Positions 23,986 to 38,527 of a stretch of DNA of 64,000 nt are shown piece by piece (positions within the stretch are counted from its first letter, which is position 1; every line of letters starts with the position of its first letter). Source of the DNA: Octopus vulgaris (Eukaryota); NCBI GenBank assembly GCA_951406725.2, contig OX597815.1:70680001-70744000 (forward strand), written 5' to 3'. The position numbers and the translations under genes were made by a program. A model generated the notes under the pieces. The model saw nothing but the letters and a program-made list of their open reading frames with translations. It did no database searches and was not told the origin of the DNA.

Positions 23986-24307
23986 TGCAGCCCGGGCGGC
24001 TGGGGGTATTTGTCTCCCCTTCGTAAATGTATATAAGGACACAGGAAAATGTGTCAAGGCCATCAGGAGGCGTCGATGCTTCCTAGGACTAAACAGCGGT
24101 GGTGTACCCCCCCTACTGTCACGTTCGTGTTAGATTGACAGTATACAACCATTCTATCGCCCCACCACCGTACATGTCTCTACGAGAGATTTAGAAATTT
24201 AGTATTTCTGATATATATATATATATATTATTTATATTATTATATGATCAAACGCCATATATAAATATGTATATTATCTGAAATATATAGTATTATATAA
24301 CCATCAC

Positions 24308-24399
24308 AGCTGATCTTACCAATTGGTTTCATGCAAGGGAACCAGTATAGTGTTAGGTAACAATCCGATTATATAACCTTACGCTCATCAGAGTTAACC
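24308..24399 (-). ncRNA. Type I hammerhead ribozyme (inverted copy)
   Basis: Reverse complement of 24488-24580 with intact CTGATGA and GAAA-CCAATTGG-TA. Confidence 0.65.
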
Positions 24400-24487
24400 A
24401 ATATGGAAGATAATATGGCGACTGTTCCGTATTGTCGGACAATGGAGTCTAACAATAGAGAGTAATCACCATATTCTCTTCCATATT

Positions 24488-24580
24488 GGCTAACTCTGAT
24501 GAGCGTAAGGTTATATAATCGGATTGTTACCTAATGGAGTCAGTGGTTCCCTTGCATGAAACCAATTGGTAAGATCAGCC
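24488..24580 (+). ncRNA. Type I hammerhead ribozyme
   Basis: GGCTAACT-CTGATGA-GCGTAAGG...CCTTGCAT-GAAA-CCAATTGG-TA-AGATCAGCC. Confidence 0.7.
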
Positions 24581-24826
24581 ATGATGGATATATAATACTC
24601 ATGGCTGGCCACTGACACATTTGTCTGCAAAATATGGGTAGTTTATCCTGTACATGCTATATTATTAGCATTATCCTGCATTTGAGAATAAAATTATTTC
24701 CTTATAATATTATATATTTCAGATAATATACCCACTTTATTGACAGATATGCGAGTGCATCTTTTCTCTTTGACCAGTGTTTTCCAAACCATCTATTATT
24801 TCCCTCTAGTACACTCTCTTATATCA

Positions 24827-24863
24827 TCTCTGATGAAGGGATATCCCAGAAACAGCTGTAAGA
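24827..24863 (+). ncRNA. Minimal type I hammerhead ribozyme
   Basis: TCT-CTGATGA-AGGGATATCCCA-GAAA-CAGCTG-TA-AGA. Confidence 0.65.
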
Positions 24864-25063
24864 CTACCTTTCTCTTTATAAATGTCCTATAAATTCAACA
24901 CAGCCTTGGTTTTACTGTCTCATTTTATTTAGCACACACACATATATAATACATAACACTGTGAATCAGGAGTGAAATATGTCTAAATATTAGAAAGCCT
25001 TAGCTGTAATAACATGTAAAGTTTATTTCCTGACAGCTTTATATTGAGGCTGCATATTCCATG

Positions 25064-25126
<63 letters not shown>

Positions 25127-25127
25127 T

Positions 25128-25568
25128 GCGAAGACCTGTTGGGGCAAGTGAAATTGAAATTGAACCAAATTCGATGACTGGCATCCGTGCCAGCAGCTGG
25201 CTGGCTTCCGTGCTGGTGGGCACATAAAAAGCACCATTTGAGCGTGATCGTTACCAGCGTCGCCTTACTGGCACATGAACAAAACATTCGAGTGAGGTCG
25301 TTGCCCATGCCACTGAACTGACTCCTGTGCAGGTGGCACGTAAAAAGCAGCATTTTGAGTGTGGCCGTTGCCAGTACCGCCAGACTGGCCCTCGTGCCGG
25401 TGGCACATAAAAGCACCCACTACAGTTGGTGCTAGGGAAGGCATCCAGCTGTATAAACTTTGCCAGATCAGATTGGAGCCTGGTGTAGCCATCTGGTTCG
25501 CCAGTCCTCAGTCAAATCGTCCAACCCATGCTAGCATAGAAAGCGGACGTTAAAGGAAGATGATGATG
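25128..25568 (+). mobile_element. RTE 3'UTR-only insertion
   Basis: Same repeated modules and (GAT)n tail as 9300-9787. Confidence 0.75.
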
Positions 25569-25569
<1 letters not shown>

Positions 25570-25621
<52 letters not shown>

Positions 25622-25628
25622 TATATAC

Positions 25629-25702
<74 letters not shown>

Positions 25703-25730
25703 CACACACACTGCACTTTTTTTAAAACTA

Positions 25731-25797
<67 letters not shown>

Positions 25798-26028
25798 GGA
25801 AAGCGGACGTCAAATGATGATGATGATTCACCTTACTCTAATTATATGTATATATATATAGGAAGAATTCACAAAAAAACAAAAGATGAAGACAGGTGGT
25901 GTAGACAACGAACAGATGTAAGACTCGGGAAGTGAGAAAGTCTTTAACGTTTCGAGCCTACGCTCTTCCACAGAAAGAAACAGGGAGAGAAAATAAAGAA
26001 TGTGTAGTGGCTAGCGATCTATTTATAC

Positions 26029-26059
<31 letters not shown>

Positions 26060-26163
26060 CACACACACATATATATATATATATACACATATACATGTAT
26101 ATAAATACATATGTATATGTATAGATATACATATATATATACACATATATATATGTATATTTA

Positions 26164-26224
<61 letters not shown>

Positions 26225-26343
26225 ATTTATAAGTGTAGGTGGTATACGAGTGGGTATATATTTATAAAAAGATGTATATATATATATTTACATATATATA
26301 TATATATATATATATACATATGTATATATATTTATATTTTTAC

Positions 26344-26375
<32 letters not shown>

Positions 26376-26452
26376 TTACACACACATATATATATATATA
26401 CACACACATACACACGCTTACATACTTACATATCGACTGATAGATTAATAGC

Positions 26453-26484
<32 letters not shown>

Positions 26485-26485
26485 A
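25570..26485. repeat. (TA)n/(TACA)n/(GATA)n microsatellite block with a small embedded repeat
   Basis: Seen directly. Confidence 0.9.
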
Positions 26486-26985
26486 AAACAAGCAGATAGA
26501 TTTTGATCGTATGTGTAAATGTGTTTTCAAACGTCTAACTCATCAATTTTTGACATTTTTTCCCTCCGAGACGACGATACTTCACCTCAAATATTCATCA
26601 TAAATACTGCAAAACAACAACAAAAAAGAAATTTAGTCTCTTGTTAGTTTTTTTTTTTTTACCATACTATAAATTTTCTACAAACAGTATACTTAAAACA
26701 ATATATTTTTCTAAATAATTCCTTTTACTCGAATTCCCTGTTCAGTTCTGTAATATCGTTCGATGTGAACATTTTTCAGTGGTTGTGAAAGTTCTTATGA
26801 AACAAACATTAACATTTATGTTGTTGAGAGCTTTGCAAGGTGTTTATCATTAACTAAAGAAGTTGATAAAGATTTCTAATTAAAATGTAAAAGGTATTCG
26901 ATAAGTTTTATTAAAGAAAGAAATCGTAAATGAACTAACAATGAAACTTAGAAATATTCTTATTTCTTAAACGCATAACAGAAAT

Positions 26986-27450
26986 ATGGCGGCAGCGGGA
27001 AGCTAAACTGTGTTTCTAGTTGTAAACAGTGCTATTATAGTTGTTTTATTTTTCCTCGATTCTTTCAAATATTCGACTTAATATATAGCAGTATGAATAT
27101 ACTTTCATATCTAAAGATTAGAAGACATAACATTAATATATATTCTTGTAATTTAAAGTTTCATTGAAGCCTATCGACAACCTAACACAGTGACAACATC
27201 TTATATTAATGATAATAATATTGGTAAGATACTCGTAACAGATGTTTAATCTTCCTGAAACATTAACCCGAAGTCCATAATTTAGTTCCACGGCATTAAA
27301 AAGTTAAGTTTTTATTTGTAAACCAGGCAGCAAAGCAGTTAAAGCACACCGAAGAAACACATACGATGTCAACAAGCTGCCATTTTGACACAAATCAAGA
27401 GCATGAGTTTTGTGTGTTTACTACTACGTCGGCGCGTTGTGTATTTATAG
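26986..27450 (+). promoter_or_regulatory. H1 promoter (locus 2), near-identical to locus 1
   Basis: ATGGCGG 26986; TGTGTTT 27009; AAACACA 27355-27361; GCCAT ending 27383; TATTTATA ~27442. Confidence 0.85.
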
Positions 27451-27470
27451 CAAGTGTGTTATTGTGTGAC

Positions 27471-27600
27471 GGCGAGCTGGCAGAAACGTTAGCATGCCGG
27501 GCGAAATGCCTAGCGGTGTTTCGTCTGCCGTCACGTTTTGAGATCAAATTCCGCCGAGGTCGACTTTGCCTTTCATCCTTTCGGATGTGGCAATAAAGAA
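27471..27600 (+). mobile_element. Internally deleted family-2 SINE at the presumed TSS of locus 2
   Basis: Interrupts GTGTGACG|TA.TATTATTCA, which is continuous in locus 1. Confidence 0.75.
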
Positions 27601-27623
27601 ATAATATTATTCATTTCGTCTTG

Positions 27624-28152
27624 TGTTGCATTCCAGAAGTTTTAAGACTATTTTAGGAGAAGCAGTCATAACTATCCTAGATTATAGTAATTTTAATATT
27701 TCATTTCTATACACGTAATAATCTGACATGCCAACATTTTTTAAATTCTAAATTGAGAGAGACAGTTGTAACAGCTCCCTGTACACACCGTACTAGACAC
27801 TGCTTGTCACAGCTGACAAGCTTACAGGATGCAGTTGGGACGCGAAAGTAAGTTGAATGCTCGCTCTGCAATAAAATATTGTATTAAACTGGGCAAAAAT
27901 GCTCCAGACTACTTATGGAAGTATGAGGCGAGCATGTTTTTCGCTGGTACAAGAGATTCAAGGGAGGTGAGAGACAATGGGATGGGGAGGGACGTTAGAA
28001 CATCAGTGCTGGTTGAGAAAATTCGCAGTTTTCTGGATGAAGACCGTCCTGTGTCTATAAAGACAATAAGCGTACAGTTTGAAGTTGGTGGCAACTGGAG
28101 ACAGAATTATTCATGAGATCTGAACATGCGCAAAATTGGGGCAAAGTTTGTT
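27624..28152 (+). mobile_element. Decayed 5' half of a mariner (same family as 61264-62832)
   Basis: TIR-like TGCATTCCAGAAGTTTTAAGACT; AIKYCIKLGKNA, DVRTSVLVEKIRSFL.ED..VSIKTIS, MRKIGAKFV; frameshifted. Confidence 0.85.
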
Positions 28153-28191
28153 CGCAGACAGCTACCATTGCCTTCATCGAGCGAAATCGGC

Positions 28192-28347
28192 ATGACTGAG
28201 ACGAAGGGGAAGAAAACTGCCAAAGAGAAGAAAGTTTCGACACATCGGGGGAAGAAGCCTAGGGTTGTTAAACCTCAAAAGAGCAAGTCTCTAAAGAAGG
28301 TTACCAAACCTCAAAGGGCTAAAGCTACAAGAAAGGCCACCATGTAG
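28192..28347 (+). pseudogene. Globular-domain-less H1 derivative (locus 2), 51-aa ORF; pseudogene or small basic protein
   Basis: MTETKGKKTAKEKKVSTHRG|KKPRVVKPQKSKSLKKVTKP aligns to the N- and C-terminal tails of locus 1; stop codon supplied by an LTR. Confidence 0.8.
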
Positions 28348-31300
28348 GGCAGGATTTGTGACAGATGAACTGTAGACAGAAACTTCGCTGCGGTCTAGCT
28401 AGGAAGTTGGTCGGCAGCAAGAAAAGGAACTTCCGGTATGAGAAGGTAAAAAAAGAATGTCAACAGTGAGTGTGTAACTAATCTGAATGAACTAAACAGA
28501 AATAACTGGCGACTTAAACCCTGATGTACGTTAGGTAATAAACCTTTGATATCTGTATTCTCATCTAGTTTGTTTGCGTATAGCTTAACAAAGCTATAAC
28601 TGATGACTCCGACAATAGAACAATAGCACTCTCGAAACAAACATGGCTAGTAACAAAACAACACTGAGGCTACCATAGTTCCGGCCTAAGAGGGCTGAAC
28701 TATGGTTGGCGCAGGTGGAAGCTCAATTCGATATAAACAAGGTAACGGCCGACCAAACGAAGTACTCGTGCGTTGTGGCAGCACAAGACGAAGATACGGC
28801 TACGAGGGTACTGGACATTTTAACCCAACCCCCACCACCGAAGAAACACGCCATATTGAAAGACAGGCTAGTGGATACATTCCGACGCAGTAAAAGAGAA
28901 GCGGCAGCCAAGATATTGGAGGAGGAATTAGGCGATTCCAAGCCTTCAGAATTGATGGACAGGATGTTGGCATTAGTCCCCTATCTACGGTGGGTCACCT
29001 TCCTTTTTGTTTAAGGAAACAATCCTCCGCAAGCTGCCTCTCCAGGTTCAGACCCTCATAACTCATACCAAAATCAAGGACCTGCGGCAATTAGCAAAGG
29101 TAGCTGACAAACATTTTTTATCCAGTGGTGTCATGGTCAACGCCATAGGGTCAAGCCTCGAGACAGGGTAGGGTTAAGTATGATGACCTGTGCTTCTACT
29201 TCGCAAAGTACAGGGAAAAGGTGACAACGTGCAAACAACCATGTAGCTTCGGGATCCCTTCACCAGTGACCCAGGGAAACTCTAGGACCGGCCGCCATTG
29301 AACGTCCTGGTGGCCAGCAGACATGACCAAATGCTCCTCTATGTCTGTGATTGCAGCTCCAGACATAGGTTCTTAATCGATAGAGAAGTCAGCGTGATCC
29401 CGGCATCGGCAAGGGACTGGAAAGCGGAGCCAACCTTTAACAGCCGCCAATGGGTCCACAATCAAGACATACGGTCGTCGCGCCCTTTCTCTCAACATCG
29501 GCTCACAAAAATACACATGGGCATTCACCATCGCCGATGTCCATCAGCTCATAATCAGACTTTCTTTGAGCACGCTTGCTACTGGTTGATTTGCGGGGAA
29601 GACGACACCTCGACAACAATACATACGCTTCCGTACCTCTTGCAACATCTGCACATGCCTCCCTCCCTCCTCATAGCGACCAACTCGCAGACCAAGAACG
29701 AATTCTCGGATCATCTTGTAAGTCGCTTCAATATCACCACTCCGATATTCTCCGAACCTACAGCTCGCCACAGGGTGACACACCACATCTTCACCGCCCC
29801 GCCCCCCGTGCCAACTGCGCACGTCGTCTATCACCAGACAAACTTGCAATCGCAAAGGCCGAATTCGACAAAATGGAGGCATTGGGGATAGTTCGCCGAT
29901 CAAACAGTCCCTGCCCTCCCACCCTGCATGTGGCCCCAAAATCCAACAGAAGTTGTCGAACCTGTGGAGATTGCCGCCGTCTCAACGCGGGTACGACATC
30001 TGACTGCTACCCCATTCCATACAGGATTTTTCAACCCAGCTAGCCGGGTGCTCGGTTTTCTCCAAGGTTGACCTCATTTGGGGATACCAGTACAAGACGA
30101 CGAAAGCTGCTGTGATCATTCCTTTCGGTCTGTACGAATCCATACAAACACCCTTTGGGCTGAAAAATGCGGCACAATCCTTCCAACGCCTGTTAGACAC
30201 TGTATGCAAAGGTCTCGATTTTGTCTTTGCATACTTAGATTATATCCTTATTGCAAGCCCAAACGCAGAGCTACATAAGCACCTAGTGACTTTTTTCGGT
30301 AGGCTGGAACAGTATGGTTTAGTAATCAACCCCGCCAAGTGCATTTTTGGTGTGACAGAAATCGACTTCTTGGGACATCGAATCACAAGTGCCGGCACTA
30401 CACCCCTGCCAAGAAAAGTAAAAGCTATCCTATTCTTTCCACGCCCCACCACAAACAAGGCTCTATATCAATTCGTGGGCATGGTAAACTTTTACCATCG
30501 CTTCATCCCTTCTGCAGTAAAAATGATGAGACCCCTATATAAGGCACTGTCGAAAGATGGTTCAAAAAGACAGGTGGAGTGGGATAGTACAATGACTTCA
30601 GCCTTCGAATCCACAAAACAAGCCCTGGCTCAAGCAACCATGCTGTCCCATCCTCATATATCAGCTTAGATTGCACTCACAGTTGACGCATCCGACACAG
30701 CCATTGGAGGCGTTTTGAAATAACACATCAACAGGCAGTGGCGACTGCTCGCCTTCTTCAGCTGACAACTAAGATCCCCTGAACAGAAATACAGTGCTTT
30801 TGACAGGGAGCTACTGGCTGTCCATCTAGGTGCCTGTCACTTTCGCTATTTCCTTCAACGTCGCACGTTTACAGTACTCACGGATCACAAACTACTTATC
30901 TTTGCTATGAGCAAGCTCTCGGGGCCTTGGTCTGCACGCCAGCACGACAGCTACCGGTAATTTCTGAGTACACCATAGACATCCAACATATAGCTGGCAA
31001 GGGCAACCCAGTTGCCGACGCACTTTCTCGTGCTCCTACCCAACAGACAGATAACGAGATCAGAGCCTACCGCACTGCCATCATATTACTTTCTTTGCAA
31101 GATATACGCTTTGGCTCTAACGGAACAACCCTACTGTGTGACGTATCCACTGGGAAGCCACGACTGATCGCCCCATCAGCCTGGCGCAAGAAAGTTTTTG
31201 ATATCATTCATGGACTTTCCCACCCAGGTACTAAAGCCACACAGCGGCTGTTGTCAAGCAAATTTATCTGGCTCAGCATGGCCAAGCAAATCGGGAACTG

Positions 31301-31975
31301 GACCAGGTCCTGCATCTCCTGTTAACAAGCCAAGGTCCATGAACACACCAAAGTACCCCTCGGCAACTATGAACCTCCTCAGGCCCGATTCAGCCATGTC
31401 AACATTGACCTTGTCGGCCCCATACCACCTTCAGAGAGTTGCTCGTATCTACTGACCTTGGCAGATCGTTACACCCGTTGCCCTGAAGCTGTCCCTCTCC
31501 GCAGCATGGAAACACAAGAAGTCAGCCGAGCCTTCATCGCCCCTTTCGGTGTCCCAGATAGCATTTCATCCGATCGGGGTCCACAGTTCACTTCAAAGCT
31601 GTGGAATAACGTGTAACCGTTTCGTAAACACAATGAACCGCACAACAGCCTACCACCCACAGGCCAACGGGTTACTGGAGAGATTTCACTGCCGCCTGAA
31701 GGAATCCTTGACAGCCAGACTTAACGGGCCAAATTGGATTGACTAACTACCTAGGTGATGCTGGGAATCCACACCGCCCCAAAAGAAAATCTCAGCACTT
31801 CCTCCGCGGAAATGGTGTACGGTGCTCCTCTTACAGTGCCAGGAGAGTTCCTTCCGAATACGAAGACTGACCCGGACGTCAAAAGGTACCTTGCTCAACT
31901 GAGTACACCCAGATCCTCCATACCAAATGACCTCCTCACGGCTAACTTTGTGATCGTTTGACGTGACACACGACA
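28343..31975 (+). mobile_element. Decayed Ty3/Gypsy LTR retrotransposon (5' LTR ~28343-28614, gag, protease, RT, RNase H, integrase; no 3' LTR)
   Basis: TGTAGG...CCGACA LTR containing AATAAA; gag AQVEAQF; RT PFGLKNAAQSFQR, YLDYILI; TDHK; GKGNPVADALSR; HGLSHPG; TTAYHPQANGLLERFH. Confidence 0.92.
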
Positions 31976-32329
31976 AAACACCCAATTTTTCCCACTTTGT
32001 GCGAAATTGATTTTGTTTTGTATTACGGCTTGATTTTTTGGTTACTTTTTGTGGGTTTATATTTGCTTGCAGGTTCCTCTTTTAATTAGAGGCATCACCT
32101 GGAAATTATATATATAAAACAGAGGGAAGGAAGTAAAATGTTGCACAGGACGGAAAGCACACAAGATATAGACATACACATCTTTCATCAGTTATCGGCC
32201 AAAAGTCATTACACTTTTGCTCCATTAGCGATAAGACTTCATTTTTGTGGCGTCAACAGCAAAAAGCTACAGGGATAAGTAAATGGATGTAAAACCGATG
32301 ACAAAAACAAACAAGTGAAAAATAACAGA

Positions 32330-33470
32330 AGAAGGACGAGACAATAGAAAACGACACAGGTAGTTGGTAACAGCTCCACATCTAGTAAAATGTGAGCAAT
32401 CATGTAGCTCTTCTACATCAAGAAACCTGTTCTGCTCCAGTCCTTTTCATATTTTATACGTCTCTACTCTTTCTCCGAGTGTAAAATCCTCACCTGCCTA
32501 TTCAGGGATCGCACTCTTGCAAGCTGCGTAGTAACTTCACTACTGTTGGTGCCACGAAGAAAGCACTGTAAACTGGTTCACATTAAGAAGGGTATCCATC
32601 CATGGAAACCATGCCTAAACGATAGAGTACAATACATTCCCTGAACCCACTGAATTCTGTCAAACCATTTAACCTATGCCAACATTGAACATGATCGTTG
32701 AATAGTGATCATAAGGATGAATTCTGGTCATTGAAGATGGGTTGAAATTTCTTTTTAGAACAATTACAATCGCTGTTTCTACCCTTTACTTTTTTCTTAT
32801 CTTTGATTAGCTTTACTTTTTTTAAACATATCTTTACTTAACTTTTCCTCCCATTTCTGTTAACCAAGATTTTACTTTTTGCATGAGAAGTAGTCACATA
32901 TTTTAAGCTGAGTTTTGATCCAAGTTCACTTGCAGAAGTTTTCTCCAAGATGAGATCATCATTGGATAATATGCAGCATACACATATATACATATGTGCA
33001 CATCTGTGATTATATATACATCACGGGATCTACTAGGCTATTAGATGTTATACATCGCTGGTCACAATGCGCTTTGCATCGTTTTAGCTTTCGAATGATG
33101 CCACCCTGCTGGCTAGGTAGGTAGGCCAACATTTCCACTGATCAGAAGGCCAGTCCCTCGAAGGGATACCCATTTACAGATGAGTGGACTGGAGCAATGT
33201 GAAATGAAATGTTTTACTCAAGAACACAACGTACACCCAGACTGAGAATTAAAAACCACGATGGTGAGTGTCACACGCCTAGCCACCAGGCCATATGCCT
33301 TCACGAATATGTACATAAATCCATATAAATATGTGTATATGTTTACATATAATACACAACACTGAATCAGGAGTTAAATATATCTAAATATTAGAAAGCT
33401 TTAGCTATGAAATCATAGAAGAATGTAGTCTTTTTTTTTCTGACTGCTTTATATTGAGGATGAATACTGT
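32330..33470 (+). repeat. Segmental-duplication blocks homologous to ~20870-21640 and ~24940-25065
   Basis: Long shared unique-looking strings such as GATGAATTCTGGTCATTGAA.ATGGGTTGAAATTTCTTTTTAGAACAATTACAATC and CTAAATATTAGAAAGC.TTAGCT. Confidence 0.85.
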
Positions 33471-34471
33471 ATGGCTAACAATTGGAGACATAAATCAGTT
33501 ATATCTCTTCCGAGGCATAGTCCTGGACTTCGAAACTGAAAGCTTTCCAAGCTTTCCGTCATTGTCACACGTAAATTTAGAACAGAAAGTATCGAAATAA
33601 ATATGATAAGGTATTTTATCTAATAATAAGTTATACTAATCTAATGTGCATGACATGATTAAAAGATAAATTTGAACTCAGAATGTAAAGGGTCTGAATA
33701 AATAACCCCTAGTGCGAAACCGATTGGTAAGATCAGCCGCAATGGATATGTAGCAAATCTTGCATGCATGAAGTGGATTCGATCCACCACAGCCAAATTA
33801 AAATTAACACTGCTACAGAACTTTTCACACGGTGGAACAATGGCTTTTCTCTGACAGCAGTTTTTACATTTTCCAGATGCCTTTACCTAGGCCGAAATAA
33901 TGTCTTCCCTACTTGACCCAAAACAAAAATCAGTTAGTCACCACTCGGTCAGCGGGAGAAATGAAGTTTACTGTCAGACAGCACCCAACACTTCTCTCTA
34001 GCTCTAATTCTGTTCTCTTACAACATCATGCTATCTGTCTCAGCAATTTCTACTAAACAATGAAGAGAACCCAAGCTCAAACATTCTACCGCATCTAACT
34101 TTCGCATGCTTTTGGATCTATCAAAACCTGCTCGTCGAGGTTAGGTATTGTAACGTAACGGTAAATAAATATTTCCATAAAACTTCATGCATTGTTCATC
34201 TTCCACATCCTACAGTATGCAATAAGAATAACAACAAATAATTATCGTTACCACTGCCTCCAACGACATTCAATAATATTGTTACTAATCAATTTCTCCC
34301 GTTACAATTGGTACAAATCCACAATTCAACTGTACACACACACACGACGGGCTTCTTTCAATTTCCGCCTACCAAATCCATTCACGAGGCTATGGTCGGC
34401 CCGACAGTTGCCCAGGGTATTACACAGTAGCACTGAACCTGGAGCCATGTGGTTGGGAAACTAGTTTTTTA

Positions 34472-36486
<2,015 letters not shown>

Positions 36487-38099
36487 ATGGTAATATATTA
36501 TTAATTATTAATAATTTTCGCTAGATTCAATGTAGTCATATTTACTTTTTATTTCGCCTTCCTTCATTTCGTAGTATTAAGTGGTCAATAAAAAGAAAGG
36601 GAAAGAAAAGCTAAGTTTTACATCTTGCTTTCAATCATACTAAGAGCATTGGTGTTATTTTCTTTGTAGTCTATTATTTTTGAGAAAGGGGCATCAAAAA
36701 CAGGGACAAAACAAAAAATGGTCAAGAAAGGGAAAGCAGATATTTTACTGCTTGCCTTTCAGCCGTGTTAAGTGGTCAATAGAAAGAAAGGCAAAGAAGA
36801 GCAAATTTTTTACTGCTTGCTTTCAGTTATTGTAAGAGCAGTGGTGTTATTTGCTTTGTAGTCTATTTTCGAGAAATTTTCTTTTATATGTTTGTTTCCT
36901 TTTGCACAATATTAAAACAACAGCTAAAAATTTTCTGAAGCAACACTCCCACTAGTTTTATCAACGGGTCGCCACTGGCTTCAAGATTTCGTGAATGTCG
37001 AATTCGTCGACGGCTTGAATAGCCCCTACTGGATGAAATCATTGGAAGGTGATTTCCAAAGTTATATGTACGTTTCCTAACTACTTCAAAACTGTACATC
37101 GTAAGGGGAAAATTATTGTCACTTTCAGACTCCCCACATCTCAATGCATCTATAATACTACACTTTTCACGAAAAATGGGGTAGGGTGAAACACTCGTAA
37201 ATCCACCTCAACCTCGGTGAGGATGGGGGTGGACTTTCTGGAAAATAGATATTTTTAATGTAATTTTATACAAATACCTTTCAAATGATGTAGATTACGA
37301 TTACAAAAAAATTTGTGGGCAACATTTTTGGAAGGAAGGTGGGGAGGAATTTCTGGAAAACGGAGTTTCGGATCAGACGGCCCACATAAGTTGGAATCAC
37401 TCCCGCCACACCCCAGTCCAAAACGATTTTGGTCATTTTTTTTTACTGCGCACTTAAAACCCGTGAGAGAAACATTTTCGGTTTTAAAAACTGTTAATAA
37501 TTTCAGAGGAGAATGTGTGATTTTAGGGAGATCTAGCCGTTATTTTTAGCACATCCCCAAATCTCCTCGTTTCTTTCTCACTCACACATCTATGGATATT
37601 TTTCAATATTTTTCTCCCGACAACAAATTTTATCGAATGATGATGTCAAAGTAGCACACGGGTAGTCCCAACCATGTGGGTAAGAAAAAAAACACCTAAA
37701 AGCATCTTTAGTGTTCATATTAATCTGTCAAATGTAATGCGTATTTGTTCACGGTATTCAGGTTCAAGAGGGGTATCCACAATATTTGTTTGTAACTTTG
37801 TGAATTTTTTACATACAGATTTGAAATTTTGTTAGTGGGTGCTTTATATACAACTGGTTTATAGTTATGTAATTTTAGCTGATCTTGCTGAATAAATTTG
37901 ACTTTTATAGGCAGGTAAATTTAATTAACAGGTGTAAAAGCAATAATATTAGGATAAAACTAAAATTGAAATTCTTAATGCATCTTACCTGTTTGATTTA
38001 TTACTAAAATTATCCCACCCAGATGTCAACCGATAAAAAGTTTGTCACTTTTTAATATGAGGTACATTAATTTGAATTAATTAAAATAAGGCATAATCG

Positions 38100-38308
38100 G
38101 TACAAGATTTTATTCTTTCGGAAAATATTTCGTATCACAGTGTGGAATAATTTTTACCACAGTTTCTTTTCCACAAAAAAAAGTGGCTTCCAGCGGGTTT
38201 GGAGATCAGATGCATTGAATGCATCCGAAAAAAAAAAACTGTGGTAAAAATTATCCCACACTGTGGTACGAAATATGCTAAGACAATCTGAAAACAATAA
38301 AATCTTTT
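38100..38308. repeat. Hairpin / MITE-like inverted repeat
   Basis: ATATTTCGTATCACAGTGTGGAATAATTTTTACCACAG vs CTGTGGTAAAAATTATCCCACACTGTGGTACGAAATAT. Confidence 0.7.
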
Positions 38309-38452
38309 AAACGTTTACCGGTTTTATGAAATTTTGGGGTTAACAGGCTTGATTTAACGGAAGTTAATTAGTCCGATAATGATTTTCAAAGTTAACTTAA
38401 AATTTTAAATTCGTTAATTAATGATTAACGGATAAATGGACTTACGCCAAGC

Positions 38453-38526
<74 letters not shown>

Positions 38527-38527
<1 letters not shown>

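Larger units (their letters stand above)
22089..24212 (+). mobile_element. Hammerhead-bearing retrozyme / Penelope pLTR-like element (362-nt unit, partial tandem plus inverted 5' copy)
   Basis: 22089-22206 is the inverted copy of 24041-24155; TGTCTCTACGAGAGATTTAGAAATTT repeated directly at 22204 and 24175; hammerhead at 23941. Confidence 0.7.
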
